Notes under the pieces: generated by a model
Told to the model about the DNA's origin: nothing
Databases searched by the model: none
Seen by the model: only the letters and a program-made list of their open reading frames with translations
Made by a program: the position numbers and the translations under genes
Part shown: positions 1-12,246 of the stretch, piece after piece
Layout: every line of letters starts with the position of its first letter
Position numbering within the stretch: the stretch's first letter is position 1
Origin: Carcharhinus amblyrhynchos
Lineage: Eukaryota
Assembly (NCBI GenBank): GCA_965287045.1
Contig: OZ336878.1
Coordinates: 44,144,001-44,208,000 of the forward strand
Length of the DNA: 64,000 nt
Reading direction: 5' to 3'

Positions 1-1019
1 CTTTTCCACGCAAGATTTGGCAAAGCAGAGCTGGGAAGGTGACAGGTCCCCACACACGATCATCCCACATGATAAAATACTCTCTGCTTTCAGACCTGCT
101 AAAGGCGATGGTATTGAATATCATCCTCTGAGTACGTACCTCACCAAAGTTTCATGAAAATGAAAAATTGAGATAAATCATAAAATTGTGACAAAATGAT
201 TCCACGTTTGGGCATTAATAGTTTAAACAAAGCAGGATAAAGTAAATAGAAACACAGTATCGCTGCAGTGCAGGAAGAGGCTATCCGCCCTCTTTATTTG
301 CACTGACTGTCCAAAACAGCATCCCATCCAGGCCCACCCCAAGTGTGGCTTGGATTTTAGTGGGTAGAGAGAAAATGTTCTATTTTGAATAGAAGGCTAC
401 ATGGAGTCTTAATTTAATATGGTGAAGATGTAGTGAGAGAAAAGACATGCAGGTTGGAGAGAACAAAACAAAAAACTTAAAGGAGCATTGACTATAAAAG
501 TATATTAATAAAATAAAGATAAATAAGGTTGACAAACGTTTTTTCTTGTATCCCATTCAAGACAGAGAGATGTCAGAAGAAGCTGCATGGTTCTGGGAAA
601 GAGATGGCTTTATGAAAAAATTAAATTGCTTGCTCTAGAAGTTTCTTTAAAAAGGAGAGGTGAGATTTCCTTTCAAATTGAAAAAGATGGTGAGACCAAG
701 GCAGAATAAGAACCGAAGGTGACATCATCAAGGGTAAGATTTGGTAACTGTTACTTTGATTTGTGTGGTATATTTGTGTGGCAACCTGTGGTATTCTTGC
801 AATTAGAGGCAATCCAGGTAAGTAAAAAATGCATCATGTCACTAGAGATTGCATTGTGCACTAGAGATTGCACTGTACACTAAAGACTTATAGAAGAGTA
901 AGCTTTTACCATGCTACCACCATCTTTGACATGGATGGCACATGTCCATCAATGGAAAAAATAATAACTATATAAACTATTTAGTCAACCATCCATTATT
1001 TTTACCCAAGGAAGAAAAA

Positions 1020-1500
1020 TGTACAAATATTTAGGAAAGTGGGATCAGTAGGAGCTAATTCCACCCCCTCAAGCCTGCTATTTAACTGGATCATGGCTAA
1101 TCTTCTACCTCAATGCCATCTTCTCTCAATCTCCCTATATCCCTGAATTTCACTGGTATTTCAAAATGTATTGACCTCTGCTTTGATCATACTTAATGAT
1201 GGAGTCTTCACAGTCCTTTGAGGCAGTGAATTTCAAAAAACTGATCACCCTCTGGCTGAAGAAATTCCTCCTCATCATGGTCCTAGATAACCAGCTACTT
1301 ATTCTGAGACTGTGCTCTCTGGTTCTAGTCCTCTCCAGACACGGGAAACATTCTTCCTGCAGCCATACGGTCGAGCCCTGCCAGAATTTTGTACACTTTA
1401 ATGAAGTCACTTCTCATTCTCTTAAACTCCAGAGAATACAAGTCTAATCTCCTCAATCTTTCTATGTGGGACAATTCTGCCACCCCAGAGTTACATTTTG
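1020..1500 (-). mobile_element. Old, degraded CR1-like LINE 3' fragment
   Basis: Diverged version of the CR1 RT C-terminus (RRNFFSQRV in ORF 1150-1410) and of the 3' UTR (gatcatggct...aggagc). Confidence 0.75.
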
Positions 1501-1656
1501 CCTGTGGCCAGTATATCCTTCCTTATGAAAGAAGAGCAAGGCATAGTGATATTGTCATTGGACTAGTAATCCAGAGACCCAGGGCAATGCTCTGGAGACT
1601 TAGACTCGAATCCTACCATGGCAAATGGTGAATATTGAATTCAATTTTAAAAAATC

Positions 1657-2694
1657 TAAGAACATAAGAGCATAAGAAATAGAAGCAGGAGTAGGCCATC
1701 TAGCCCTTCGAGCCTGCCCCGCCATTCAATAAGATCATGGCTGATCTGAAGTGGCTCAGTTCCACTTTCCTGCTTTCTCCCCATAACTCTTAATTCCCTT
1801 GCCTACCAAAAATCTATCCACCCGTGTCTTAAATATATTTAGCGAGGTAGCCTCCACCACTTCAACGGGCAGAGAATTCCAGAGATTCACCACCCTTTGA
1901 GTGAAGAAGTTCCTCCTCAACTCCGTTCTAAACTGTCCTCCCCTTATCTTGAGGCTGTGCCCTCGAGTCCTGCTGTCCTTTCTGAGCGGGAAGAATCTCT
2001 CTACCTCTACCCTATCCATCCCATTCATTATCTTATACATCTCTATAAGATCCCCCCTCAACCTTCTAAATTCCAACGAATACAAACCCAGTCTATTCAG
2101 CCTCTCTTCATAGTTCAACCGCCTCATCTCCAGTATCAGCCTAGTGAACCTCCTCTGCACTCCCTCCAAGGCCAAAAAATCCTTGCACAAGTACGGCGAC
2201 CAAAACTGCGCACAGTACTCCAGTTGCGGCCTTACCAGTGCCCTGTACAGTTGCAGCAAGACCTCCCTGCTTTTATATTCAAACCCCCTCACTATAAAGG
2301 CCAGCATCCCATTTGCCTTCCTGATCACCTGCTGCACCTGCAGGCTGGGTTTTTGTGACTCATGCACAAGGACCCCCAGGTCCCTCTGCACCGTAGCATG
2401 CTGCAGCTTTTCTCCCTTTAAATAGTAGTCCATCCTACTATTATTCCTGCCAAAGTGGATAACCTCACACTTGCTAACATTGTACTCCACCTGACAGATC
2501 CTCGCCCACTCGCTCAGCCTATCTAGATCCCTCTGCAGACTTTCCACACCCTCCGCACAATTTGCTTTTCCACTTATCTTTGTGTCATCAGCAAATTTCG
2601 ACACCCTACACTCAGCCCCCTCCTCCAAATCATCTATATAAATGGTAAATAGCTGAGGCCCCAGCACCGATCCCTGGGGCACTCCACTAGTCAC
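1657..2694 (-). mobile_element. Young 5'-truncated CR1 LINE (RT C-terminal part, open ORF 1756-2694)
   Basis: [10 protein letters not shown] and FADD motifs; (TTCTTATG)n-type tail; high similarity to 44990-46032. Confidence 0.95.
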
Positions 2695-2892
2695 TGACTA
2701 GTGGAACTGGCAGTCTAACGATGACCATGAAACTATTGTCAATTGCCATAAAAACTCATCTGGTTCACTAATGTCCTTTAGGGAAGGAAATCTGTTACCT
2801 ACATGTGACGCCAGATCCACAGCAATCTGGTTGACTCTTAAATGCCCTCAGAGAAAGTCAGTAAGTGCTGGCCCAACTAATGACATCCACAT

Positions 2893-3203
2893 CTCATAGA
2901 CTCTGACAATGCAGAAGGAGGTCATTCGACCCATCGAGTCTGCACTGACACAATTCCATCCAGGCCCTATCCTCATAACCCATTTACTCTAACCAGTTCC
3001 CCTGACACTAAGGGACAATTTAGCATGGCCGATCCATCTAACCTGCACATCTTTGGACTCGTGTGAGGAAACCAGAACGCTTTGAGGAAACTCACGCAGA
3101 CATGGGGAGAATGTGCAAACTCCACCCAGACAGTGACCCAAGCCGGGAATCGAACCTGACCCCTGGTGCTGTGAAGCAGCAGTGCTAACTAATGTGCCAC
3201 TGA
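2893..3203 (-). mobile_element. HE1-like V-SINE, tail type 1
   Basis: Reverse complement of the tRNA-like head gtggcacattagttagcactgctgcttcacag with the V-domain-like core gtttgcacattctcccc. Confidence 0.85.
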
Positions 3204-3292
3204 GCTTTCTCCATGAATGAATGAAAAAACACCACACAATAATCCAGGAGCTATCTCACAAAGGGTCATTACTGCAGTAAGACTTCCTTCCT

Positions 3293-3620
3293 TGGGTGGC
3301 ATGGTAGCACAGTGGTTAGCACTGCTGCTTCATAGCTCCAGGGACCTGGGGTTGATTCCCAGCTCGGGTCACTGTCTGTGTGGAGTTTGCACATTCTCCC
3401 TGTGTCTGCATGGGTTTCCTCCCACAGTCCGAAGATGTGCAGGTTAGGTGGATTGGCCATGCTAAAATTGCCCCTTAGTATCCTGGGATGTGTAAATTAG
3501 AGGGATTAGCAGGTAAAATGTGTAGGGATATGGGGATAGGGCCTGGGTGGGATTGTGGTCGGTGCAGACTCAATGGGCCAAAGGGCCTGTTTCTGCACTG
3601 CAGGGTTCTATTTTCTATGT
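3293..3620 (+). mobile_element. HE1-like V-SINE, tail type 1
   Basis: Pol III A/B-box head ggtagcacagtggttagcactgctgc...gttgattccc; tail gggcc...ctgcactg...ttcta. Confidence 0.9.
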
Positions 3621-3962
3621 TCTCTTATACTCAAACTCCCTTGCAACATAGGCTAACACACCATTTACCTTCCTAATTTCTTGTTGTACCTTTCTGTGAC
3701 GCATGAACAAGGACACCCAGGTCCCTTTGAATATCAACATTTCCCAATCTCTCCCCATTCAAGAAATACTCTATTTCTGTTTTTCCTAGCAAAGTGCATA
3801 ACCTCACATTTTTCCTAATTTAATTCCATCTGCCATGCTCCAGTACAGCTGAACACATCTTTGTAAATTATAATGGTCAAGATGCCTTTGGGAGGCAGCC
3901 ATGATGTAGCTTCAACTGATCTTCTGCACTGAGCAGCCATTCTCTGGTTCTTGTCTAATTTT

Positions 3963-4240
3963 GGGGCAATACAGTAGCATAGTGGTTAGCACTGCCACCT
4001 CACAGCACCAGGGATCCAGGTTCAATTCCAGGATTGTGTCACTGTCTGTGTGGAGTTTGCACATTCTCTCCGTGTCTGCATGGGTTTCCTTCAGGTGCTC
4101 TGGTTTCCTCCCACATTCTGAAATGCTGATTAGATGCATTGACTTGAACAGGTGCCAGAGTATTGTGACTAGGGGAATTTCACAGTAACTTCATTGTACT
4201 GTTAATGTAAGCCTTACTTATGACTAATAAATAAACTTTA
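3963..4240 (+). mobile_element. HE1-like SINE, tail type 2
   Basis: Same head and core as type 1, but the tail is gactaggggaatttcacagtaacttcattg...gactaataaataaacttt. Confidence 0.85.
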
Positions 4241-4414
4241 ATTTTGCTTTGTAAAATATATGATCAGCTTAATTACCTTGCAGCTTTTTTATTTGGGGGA
4301 AAATCAAGTTTTCATGAAAAAGCTACAACATGTAAAACCTAACTTGCTATTTCCCTAGAATCTATTGTTTTCTCATTTCCAGTTTTCAGCTTTACCACTT
4401 CTCCTCAGTTAATA

Positions 4415-4731
4415 TTTTATTCATTTAAGGGACATAGGCATTGCTGGCTGGGCCAGCATTTGTTGTTCGTTTCAGAGGGCATTTGAGAGTCAACTACATT
4501 GCTGTGGGTCTGGAGTCACATGTAGGCCAGACCAGGTAAGGGCAGCAGGTTTCCTTCTCTAAAGGACTTGAGTGAACCAGATGCGTTTTGACAACAGTAG
4601 ACAGTAGTTTCATCGTGATCATTACACTTTCACCATCTTCTGTGGTGGCATTCAAACCCGGGACCCCAAAGCATTACCCTGGGTATCTGGGTTATTAGTC
4701 CAGTGAGAATATCACTGCACCACTGCCTCCC
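4415..4731 (-). mobile_element. tRNA-derived SINE family B
   Basis: Matches 5461-5815 and 52935-53283 (gagtcacatgtaggccagaccaggtaagg). Confidence 0.85.
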
Positions 4732-5460
4732 AAGATACAGATACTATTAGACATAGATAGAGGCTGCTATTTATTGTATTAAATTAATATTATTAAATTA
4801 TCCAAATCAATAATCACTTGGGAGCATGAAACAAATTTAGACCTTTGAGACAATACAACATAACAATTCTAATTAATATCGTTTAGGACAGAATTGAGTG
4901 AAAAGAGTTTATTACTTAAACAATATTGCTGGTAAATTGAAAACAGATATTACTGGAAACACACAGCTGGTCAGGTACTATCTGTGGAAAGCAAAAGGGA
5001 GGGTTGATGCTTCAGGTCTTATTTTTTGCCAGAATTGAATATTGATGGTAAAATGTTTGTACAAAACTGAGTGGCATGATTCAGTTCTCTTCAATAAACA
5101 GTGACTCAGTGGAAGAAATGGCCTAATTTAATTGTGTATCACATTCAGAATTCATGAGATATTTCAGCATTACGAAACTGATGTCTTCCGATAAGGCTCA
5201 GACTGAAAAATTTACTGCAAGGTGTCATTAGCATTACGCATTTGACGATTCCCGATAGATCAAATACATCACCCACAGTGAACCTGTAGGTAGGAAGCAG
5301 AGGGAAGAATGAAGTGTTACTCACAACTTAATAATATGTCTTAGTAAATTATTACTTCCCAATCTACAATAAGCTTCTGGTAATGGTTTGATTTATAGGT
5401 CCTTTTTTAAAAAAAATTCTGGGTGCTTTTATAAGGTCAGTTAAAAAATGAAAGGCTCAC

Positions 5461-5815
5461 TTTTTTTTAATATTCATTGATGGGACTTGGACGTCGCTGG
5501 CTGACCAGCATTTATTGCCCATCCCTAGTCACCTGACGGCAGTTGAGAATCAATCACTTTGCTGTGGCTTTGGTGTCACATCTAGGCCAGACCAGGTAAG
5601 AACAGCAGATTTCTCGCCTTAAAGAACATAAGTGAACCAAATGTTTTTCTCCAACAATCAACACTGGTTTCATGGTCATCAGTAGATTTTGAGTTTTGGA
5701 TATTTTCTATTGAATTCAAATTCCACCATCTCACATGGCAGGATTCAAACCCAGGTCCACAGAACATGAGGTGAATTTCCACATTAATAGTCTAGCATGA
5801 GGCTATGACCTCCCC
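5461..5815 (-). mobile_element. tRNA-derived SINE family B
   Basis: Complete copy from tail to head on the minus strand. Confidence 0.85.
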
Positions 5816-5839
5816 TAATACGTGGAACTTTTCATAGCC

Positions 5840-6125
5840 AAGGGATGTCTTAAAGAGCTTTTCAGCCAATTATGTACTTTGGAGCCACAATCAAAGATGT
5901 AACGTAAAAAACAATATGGGAACAATAAACTGCACAGACAGAACATGACAATGACCACGTAACCTGCTTTTGATTGAGGGATCATTATTGGCCAGGATAC
6001 TGGGCTAACTTCCCTTCTCTTCTTTGAAATGGTAGCATGTGATCTTTCACAACTGTCCGGGCATCGGTTTAAGATCTTATCCAAAAGACGGCACCAGTGC
6101 AGTATTCGCTCAGTACTGCACTCAA
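5840..6125 (-). mobile_element. Deu-domain SINE remnant (SacSINE1/AmnSINE-like)
   Basis: Reverse complement of the recalled Deu core agtgcagtactgag...ggtgccgtctttt...gaagagaaggg...cctggccaata. Confidence 0.65.
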
Positions 6126-6196
6126 TAATTCACAAATCAATGGCCCAAAACTTCCCATCAAAGTCAGAACCCCTGCGCCTAAGCCTAATCAAATAT

Positions 6197-6460
6197 TGTG
6201 GTAATGCGGCTCCTTTAAGGGGTGATCTTTTGAGGGCCACATGATCGGGCCAGCCCATATGGAGTGGTGGCACAGGAAACCAGGCCAACCAGGAGCGAGG
6301 GTATGCATCCTGGAATGGTGAGGACCTTCAACTGGAGCCAGGGAGGGGAAGAGAGCAGACCTGTGCATATGTCCTGTCAGACCTTTCCCTTGTATATGTA
6401 TATTAGTTAATAAAACTTTTCTTGTTGAAGCCATATCAAGTCACCTCCAAATTTATGATA
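6197..6460 (+). mobile_element. Possible short solo LTR
   Basis: Starts TGTGGTA, has a late AATAAA and ends ATGATA; no clear TSD. Confidence 0.35.
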
Positions 6461-7353
6461 GATTGGAAACTACCCACTAAATTGCACATGTTTAAAAGGC
6501 TTCAATTTCCATTGGAGGATCCTGCAGAACTATCTCAGTGCAGGAGCGATTACAGAGAGCAGTAAAATGAATCAGCACAGAAGCCATGCTCCCTTTTTAT
6601 GGGACTAGCTGCCATATTCTGATAAGTGTTTGAATGTACCTAAGTTTCACAATGAATGAATGAATGTGTGAGTGAAGGTGTACATGTGTGCAAGTGGGTA
6701 GGTGGGTGAGATAAGTGCATAGAGTGCCAGCTGGGTACAATGGCAGCTGGGCAGGGTGAATATGGTGGCAACTGGCTTGTCAGATCAGGGATTAGTAGGA
6801 TCTGGTTGGTAGGGGCAATTGGGGAAGTTCAGGACATTTGTCAGGATGGGGCTTGTCAAGTCATGGGTTGGAGGAGTCAGGGGGTTTGGGGAGAAGGAAC
6901 TTGGAAGTGTCAGTTATTTAGTTGCCTTGGGATATGATTAAAATTTTTCTGTTTAATTTCCTGGATAACTCTCCAGGTAAGTAAGTCTTAATTGTCTAAA
7001 GTCTCTAATTCTGATTCAGAAACTTTCTCAGAGGGTCACAGGGAGGTTATTGGAAGTCCAAAAGGAAGTCAAATGACACCTTGATCAAAGCGGTTTTTAG
7101 CACACATTTAATGACTGCCAGCACCATGTAGAGCAGACAGATAACGACATTAATCAGTGAGCAATGCTGATTTGATGACAGCACTGCCATTCCCAAACTC
7201 TACATTTCAATCTATGCCATCGTAACCTTGTAGAGCTGGACATGCATCAAGTGAAATGAAGGAGATCCATTCTGTGCTATTAAAATGGGCCATCAATTAC
7301 TTGCAGGTTTTATTCTGGCTGCTGGTGGAATTGTACGCATTTTTGGAGTTTTA

Positions 7354-7689
7354 TTACACTTGGCTAAAGCCTGAGCATTCTGCTAGAAGCAACCTGCTGG
7401 TAACGAAGTACTTTTTTTGGTTATTTAAAGGTTTGTTCTGAAACGGATCGCTTCCAGGCATGGATGACATAACAGAGCTTTTTCTGGAAATTGAGCATAA
7501 TTGAGAGAATTTAAAGAGGTCATGTAGAGCAGAGTCAGATGCTGGAAGAGAGAGGAGGCAGACGAGTAGGCCTATCCTCTGAGGGTCTTTAAGCAGCAAT
7601 TCTTTTGCCTCAACTTCAGTGAAGACTAACGCTTGAAACGTCTTCAGTTCACAGAGAGGGTCATGACTGAAATCTGTTAACTGTCGAAG
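7354..7689 (-). CDS. Candidate terminal coding exon of an unidentified minus-strand gene
   Basis: Acceptor ttttatcctgctttaatcttaaaattgtag; 111 open codons in phase 0 (LRQLTDFSHDPLCELKTFQALV...) to TAA with an overlapping AATAAA; non-repetitive sequence. Confidence 0.4.
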   Translation of the reverse strand, partial: LRQLTDFSHDPLCELKTFQALVFTEVEAKELLLKDPQRIGLLVCLLSLPASDSALHDLFKFSQLCSISRKSSVMSSMPGSDPFQNKPLNNQKKYFVTSRLLLAECSGFSQV

Positions 7690-8454
7690 CTACAATTTTA
7701 AGATTAAAGCAGGATAAAAGTAACAAGGCCTGTGGCTGTCAAGGTGTTCATGATTGGCACTTTGCAAAATCCAAAATGAAACGGCTGCTCTTGGATGCGA
7801 TTTCTCGATTGGGCAACACTTGCTGAACATCCTGAATTTGCCAATAGTTACACCAACAATCGATTCAAGATAGTCAGTTAAGCTGACAAAATGGCTCATT
7901 TACACTTGTTAGAAGTGATGTAAATTCATATGTAGGGACCCATTTTCTGTAAACAAAAGGAATAAGTGCAAGCTTTGCATCTTTCTCTATTTCCAGGGAG
8001 CTTGGGGAATCTTTCTTCGCATCCTACGTGCCTCAATGCCTTAGCCAATCAAAGTTGACTTGTCAACCAATCAGCACCCTTTTCTCCTGCAGTATAAATT
8101 ATTGAAATGGTTTGAAATTTGGCACTTTTGGCATTTGTTTTGTTGAGAGGAAGACAGAAAGGTTTGCTATGTGTTTCTTTTCAACAATGAACATTAGAGA
8201 GTACATTCAGGTATAAGTTCAGTTTAAAAAATCAAACATAAATCTGGTTCCATTCATCAGTGCCACATTTTTCAGAGATCCCTTAACATATTAATTATTT
8301 ACATTCCTAGTGTTTCTACCTTTATATTCATGTTATCCAATAGTTAATACTTTGACTAAATTTTCCTCAATTTGTTTATGCATCTACCATCAATCAGGTT
8401 GTATATCCATCAAACTTCATCTCCAGATTCCACATCACCCTGTGTAAGGCTATT

Positions 8455-8775
8455 CAGAGAATGCTACACTGCAGAAGGAGATCATTCAGCCTATCAAATC
8501 TACGCTGACTACAATCCCACACAGACCCTATCCCCATAACCCCATGCATTTACCCTAGCTGGTCCCCCGACACTAGCGGGCAATTTAGCATGGCCAATCC
8601 ACCTAACCCGCACATCTTCGGACTGTGGGAAGAAACCAGAGCACACTGGAGGAAACCCATGCAGAGACTAGGAGAATGTGCAAACTCCACACTGACAGTG
8701 AGCCAAGCTGGAAATTGAGCCCAAGTCCCTGGCGCTGTGAGGCAGCACTGCTAACCACTATGCCACCATGCCACA
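8455..8775 (-). mobile_element. HE1-like V-SINE, tail type 1
   Basis: Reverse-complement match to the other copies. Confidence 0.9.
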
Positions 8776-8822
8776 TTATTTGGCTTTTAGTCCAAGGGTC
8801 AATGAATGCAGTAAGAAACATA

Positions 8823-9858
8823 GGTCACGACTCTCCCATTGCGACCCACAACTTTTCTGGCAGGTTGCGGTGGGAATTGCACATTGCCAGCCTTGTACCG
8901 GGATTTGCACATGCGCTGGGAATACATGTGCATCTCCCAGAGCTGGTGAACAGTCACCGGTCAGACCTCGCTGGAAATTGACGGGAAGGCAGGTAAGTAA
9001 TTAGAATCTTTTCAAAATGTATTTCAAATATGTTTTAAATGTGATTATCGGGAATTTTCAAGCCCCAATTGAATTTCCCACCTTGCCAGGAGTACCTAAT
9101 TCTGGCAGGGTTTAGACAAGTTCCCCATGTTCAGGGAACTAGCAGGAGACCCCACCTGAATGAAGGGGGGCAATTGGGGGCCCCCCAAGGGGGTCAGGTC
9201 ATGGGGGGATGGTGCCCCTTGGGCAAGGGCAACCTGGCAATGCCAGCCTGTGCCCACTGGCATTGCCCAAGGGACAAAGTGTCTATGCCCAGGGGGCCCC
9301 TTGGCACTGTCCATCAGACATCAGGCAGTGCCACGGGGCCGGGACCTATTGTGGAAGGGGCCTAGGGGTGATCATTGGATGGGTAGGGTCCCTCTCTGCA
9401 TAGTGATCAGTCTGGGATAGAGGGAGACCAGTGATTGGGACGAACTGGGTGGGTGGTCTGCCGAGGTGTCTGCTGGGGCGAGGGGATCACTGCTGCTGGG
9501 GGGAGTGGGCTGTGTGCCAGGATGGTTCAGCAGGTCAGGGCTGGCCCAGGGATTGTTGTGGGGACTGCGATTGGGCTGTGGAGAGGGGGAGGCTGAAGGG
9601 GCAGCATTGCGGGGGTCCTGGGCTGGCCATCAAATGGGGAGTCTGACAGATCAGAACCACTGCGCGTGCGCAGAGTTCCAGAAGTTCAGGCTTTGGTGTG
9701 AATAGGCCCCACCCTCTCTAGGTTTTTAATGACATTCATGATTGGGACCTCTGCAGTGCACAGAGTGCGGAGATTTGAGTGAGAAGCTGAACTGATAAAA
9801 CAGTTAGGATCTAGAACAGTTTTCCTGCCAATTCAGCACTTTGGGGAGAATCACGGCC
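8823..9858. mobile_element. Non-autonomous DNA transposon (PIF/Harbinger-like MITE, about 1 kb)
   Basis: Imperfect TIRs ggtcacgactctccc / gggagaatcacggcc, ATA on both flanks, GC-rich interior; paralogous to 29093-30000. Confidence 0.7.
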
Positions 9859-10228
9859 ATAATTCCTGAATAAAAAAACACTTTTATTTCAGTAGTCTAG
9901 CAAGAAAGGGAAAAATGGAAATGTAGACCAAACACCAGATGGCCAACATGGAAAATTGAATCTTGGGGAAGCACTTTACTAATAATTATTACTGATTAAT
10001 TAATCAAAACACAATCACAGCTAAGTTTAGATAAATATACACAGCATATGATTCAATGCAATATAACTTTAAATATTCAATCTAGGCGTCAAATCTAGAA
10101 CAAAACAGAGACAAAAATGCAAAATTGTAAAAATTAGTGGCTGCATGCCTTGGGCCTACAGCGTGAAGTTAAGCACTGAATGTTGCTAGACGATTTATCA
10201 TAGTGGGCTGAACAAATTCTATTCTCAC

Positions 10229-10361
10229 CTTATGTCCACATGGAGTTTTTTTAAAAAAGGTTGCAATCCATTGAAACATGAGTGTTCTGGACAGTCGACA
10301 TAACACGTTTTGACACCTGTAATATCGTGCTGCCTTTGGAAGATTGTCGATTCAAAGACTC
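10229..10361 (-). CDS. Candidate internal exon (133 nt) of an unidentified minus-strand gene
   Basis: Acceptor cctattctcattgcatcag, donor AAG|GTGAGA, single open frame GVFESTIFQRQHDITGVKTCYVDCPEHSCFNGLQPFLKKLHVDI. Confidence 0.4.
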
Positions 10362-10754
10362 CTGATGCAATGAGAATAGGATGTCAGGCATTTGCATCCT
10401 CTCTCAGATAAAGGTTAAAGAAGACGTTAATAAAACATTTTGCTTTATGTCCATTTCATTAATGAATCACATGAATGTGAAGGTACAGTAATGCACTGAA
10501 TACTAAATGCTTATTTTCAATGATTAATTGCATTGCTGTTTATAATTTTATGATCTTTGAACCAGTGACCTTCTTAGCATTTGGCAACATCAAAACAGAA
10601 AGAACTCTTTCTGATTCAACATTTGATTTAAAATTTCAGCTATTTGATTAAGCGCAATATGACACCAGCAAATTTAAGGTTAATAACTGGATTTGAATGT
10701 CTACGAGCATATATCAATCAGTGAAATCAGCAAATCTTTCTCTAATTGAACAAA

Positions 10755-11030
10755 TGCAGTACAGTGGCATAGTGGTTAGCAGTTCTGCCTCATGATGCCC
10801 AGGATCTGGCTTCGATTCCTGGCTTGGGTCACTGTCTGTGTGGAGTCTGCATGTTCTCCACATGTCTGCATGGATTTCCTCGAGGTTCTCCAGTTTCCTT
10901 CCACAGTCCCAAAAACGTGCTGGTTAGGTGCATTGACCATGCTAAATTCTCCCTCAGTGTAATAATAATAATAATTTAACAATAACTTATTTGCAGTGTT
11001 AATATAAACCTAATTGTGACATAAATAAAA
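10755..11030 (+). mobile_element. HE1-like SINE, tail type 2 (internally deleted)
   Basis: Head and core match; ends ttgtgacataaataaa. Confidence 0.8.
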
Positions 11031-11149
11031 TGAGCTAACAACATGCAAATAGTTTTGAAATTAATTACATGTTCATTGTGCTCCTAAAGTACGTCACACA
11101 GTGTAAAGTTAGGAATACCTAGTCATGTGAACGCTACTTAATTAATCCA

Positions 11150-11285
11150 GTCAGAAGTCTCACAACACCAGGTTCAAGTCCAGCAGGTTTATTTGGTAGC
11201 ACAAGATTTTGGAGCAGTTTCTTCATCAGGCGAGAGCTTTCTTACTGTGCCTACCCCAATCCAGCGCCAGCATCTCCACATCTTG
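11150..11285. mobile_element. Short Penelope-like terminal-repeat element
   Basis: agaagtctcacaacaccagg...gtttatttggtagcac...cttcatcagg motif typical of PLE ends (recalled). Confidence 0.45.
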
Positions 11286-12246
11286 ATTAATCCAAACTGG
11301 GAACAATGGCAAATTGTTCAAATAATTCCACCCCCCCACCCCCCCCTACCCCGCTGCCGCGCCACCCTCTCCTGCATCATCACCCCCCCAACCTTTGCTT
11401 TATTTTTTCAAACTATCCTCTTCACAGGTTTTCTTAGACTTCACTTTTGTAATTTTTAACAATGTGTTCCCTCAAACTACATGATAATAACTTCAGACAT
11501 CATCTAAAACGTGCTGCTGCTCTATTTACTAGATTTCAGTCGGCATTGATGGAAACTTTAATTCAACTGGTGCATCATTTAAGATCCTATTTTGGTGAGC
11601 ATTTTATATTTGGCACAGAACAGGTTATTGCATCAAAAACCCAATTTAACAGAGATGTCTTGGATTGCCTTTTGCCTTAATGACAGAAATGTTGTCCATG
11701 TTCAGGATTTATCTGCTGTCTTCTGTGTTTCTCCTTAATTTGATGCTTTAGGCATTGTCAATGGAATGATAAGTCTTTGGAGCAGACTGTTCCTGAAGTC
11801 TTCTCTGAAACATTTGTATTTTGAAATGTTGTGGTCAGGGCAAGTTCAGGCCGTTGGAGCTGATTTTGCATGACAACATCTGCAGAGCGTGACAGTTTCA
11901 AAATTGATTTTGAGTGCTCTACAGATTTATAGTGCTAGACATAATCCATGATATTGTTAAACATATTTTAAATCTCACTCTCTGTTGAATGATTCTTGGT
12001 TTACAGATTCCCCTTTAACTGCTAATGAAATTAAAGGTGCAGTATTCTCTTGTCTTAAGGGATTGCAGTTCCAGCAGTCTAGGTACATCAAAACGGGAAC
12101 TCTGGACTTCTGATCTTAACCCTTCCAGGCTACTTGAGTTCCATGTGTCATTAGTTCACTTCCACAGCACTGGTGTGGGCTCATTCCAATGCGGATACAT
12201 TTTACGTACCTAGAGGAAGGGGCAGGAAAGTTCCTGCCAAGCTCCA

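Larger units (their letters stand above)
1537..3230 (+). mobile_element. tRNA-derived SINE (family B), split into three pieces (about 1537-1656, 2702-2893, 3211-3230) by later insertions
   Basis: Head gcatagtgatattgtcattggactagtaatccagag, core ctggttcactaatgtcctttagggaaggaaatctg and tail ccatgaatgaatgaaaaaa match the intact copies at 4415, 5461 and 52935. Confidence 0.8.

Noticed and set aside
3293-3370. tRNA genes at SINE heads
   Set aside because: The A/B boxes continue directly into SINE bodies; no complete cloverleaf is evident.
9069-9705. Cluster of overlapping GC-rich ORFs
   Set aside because: They lie inside a MITE, where stop-codon scarcity follows from GC content.
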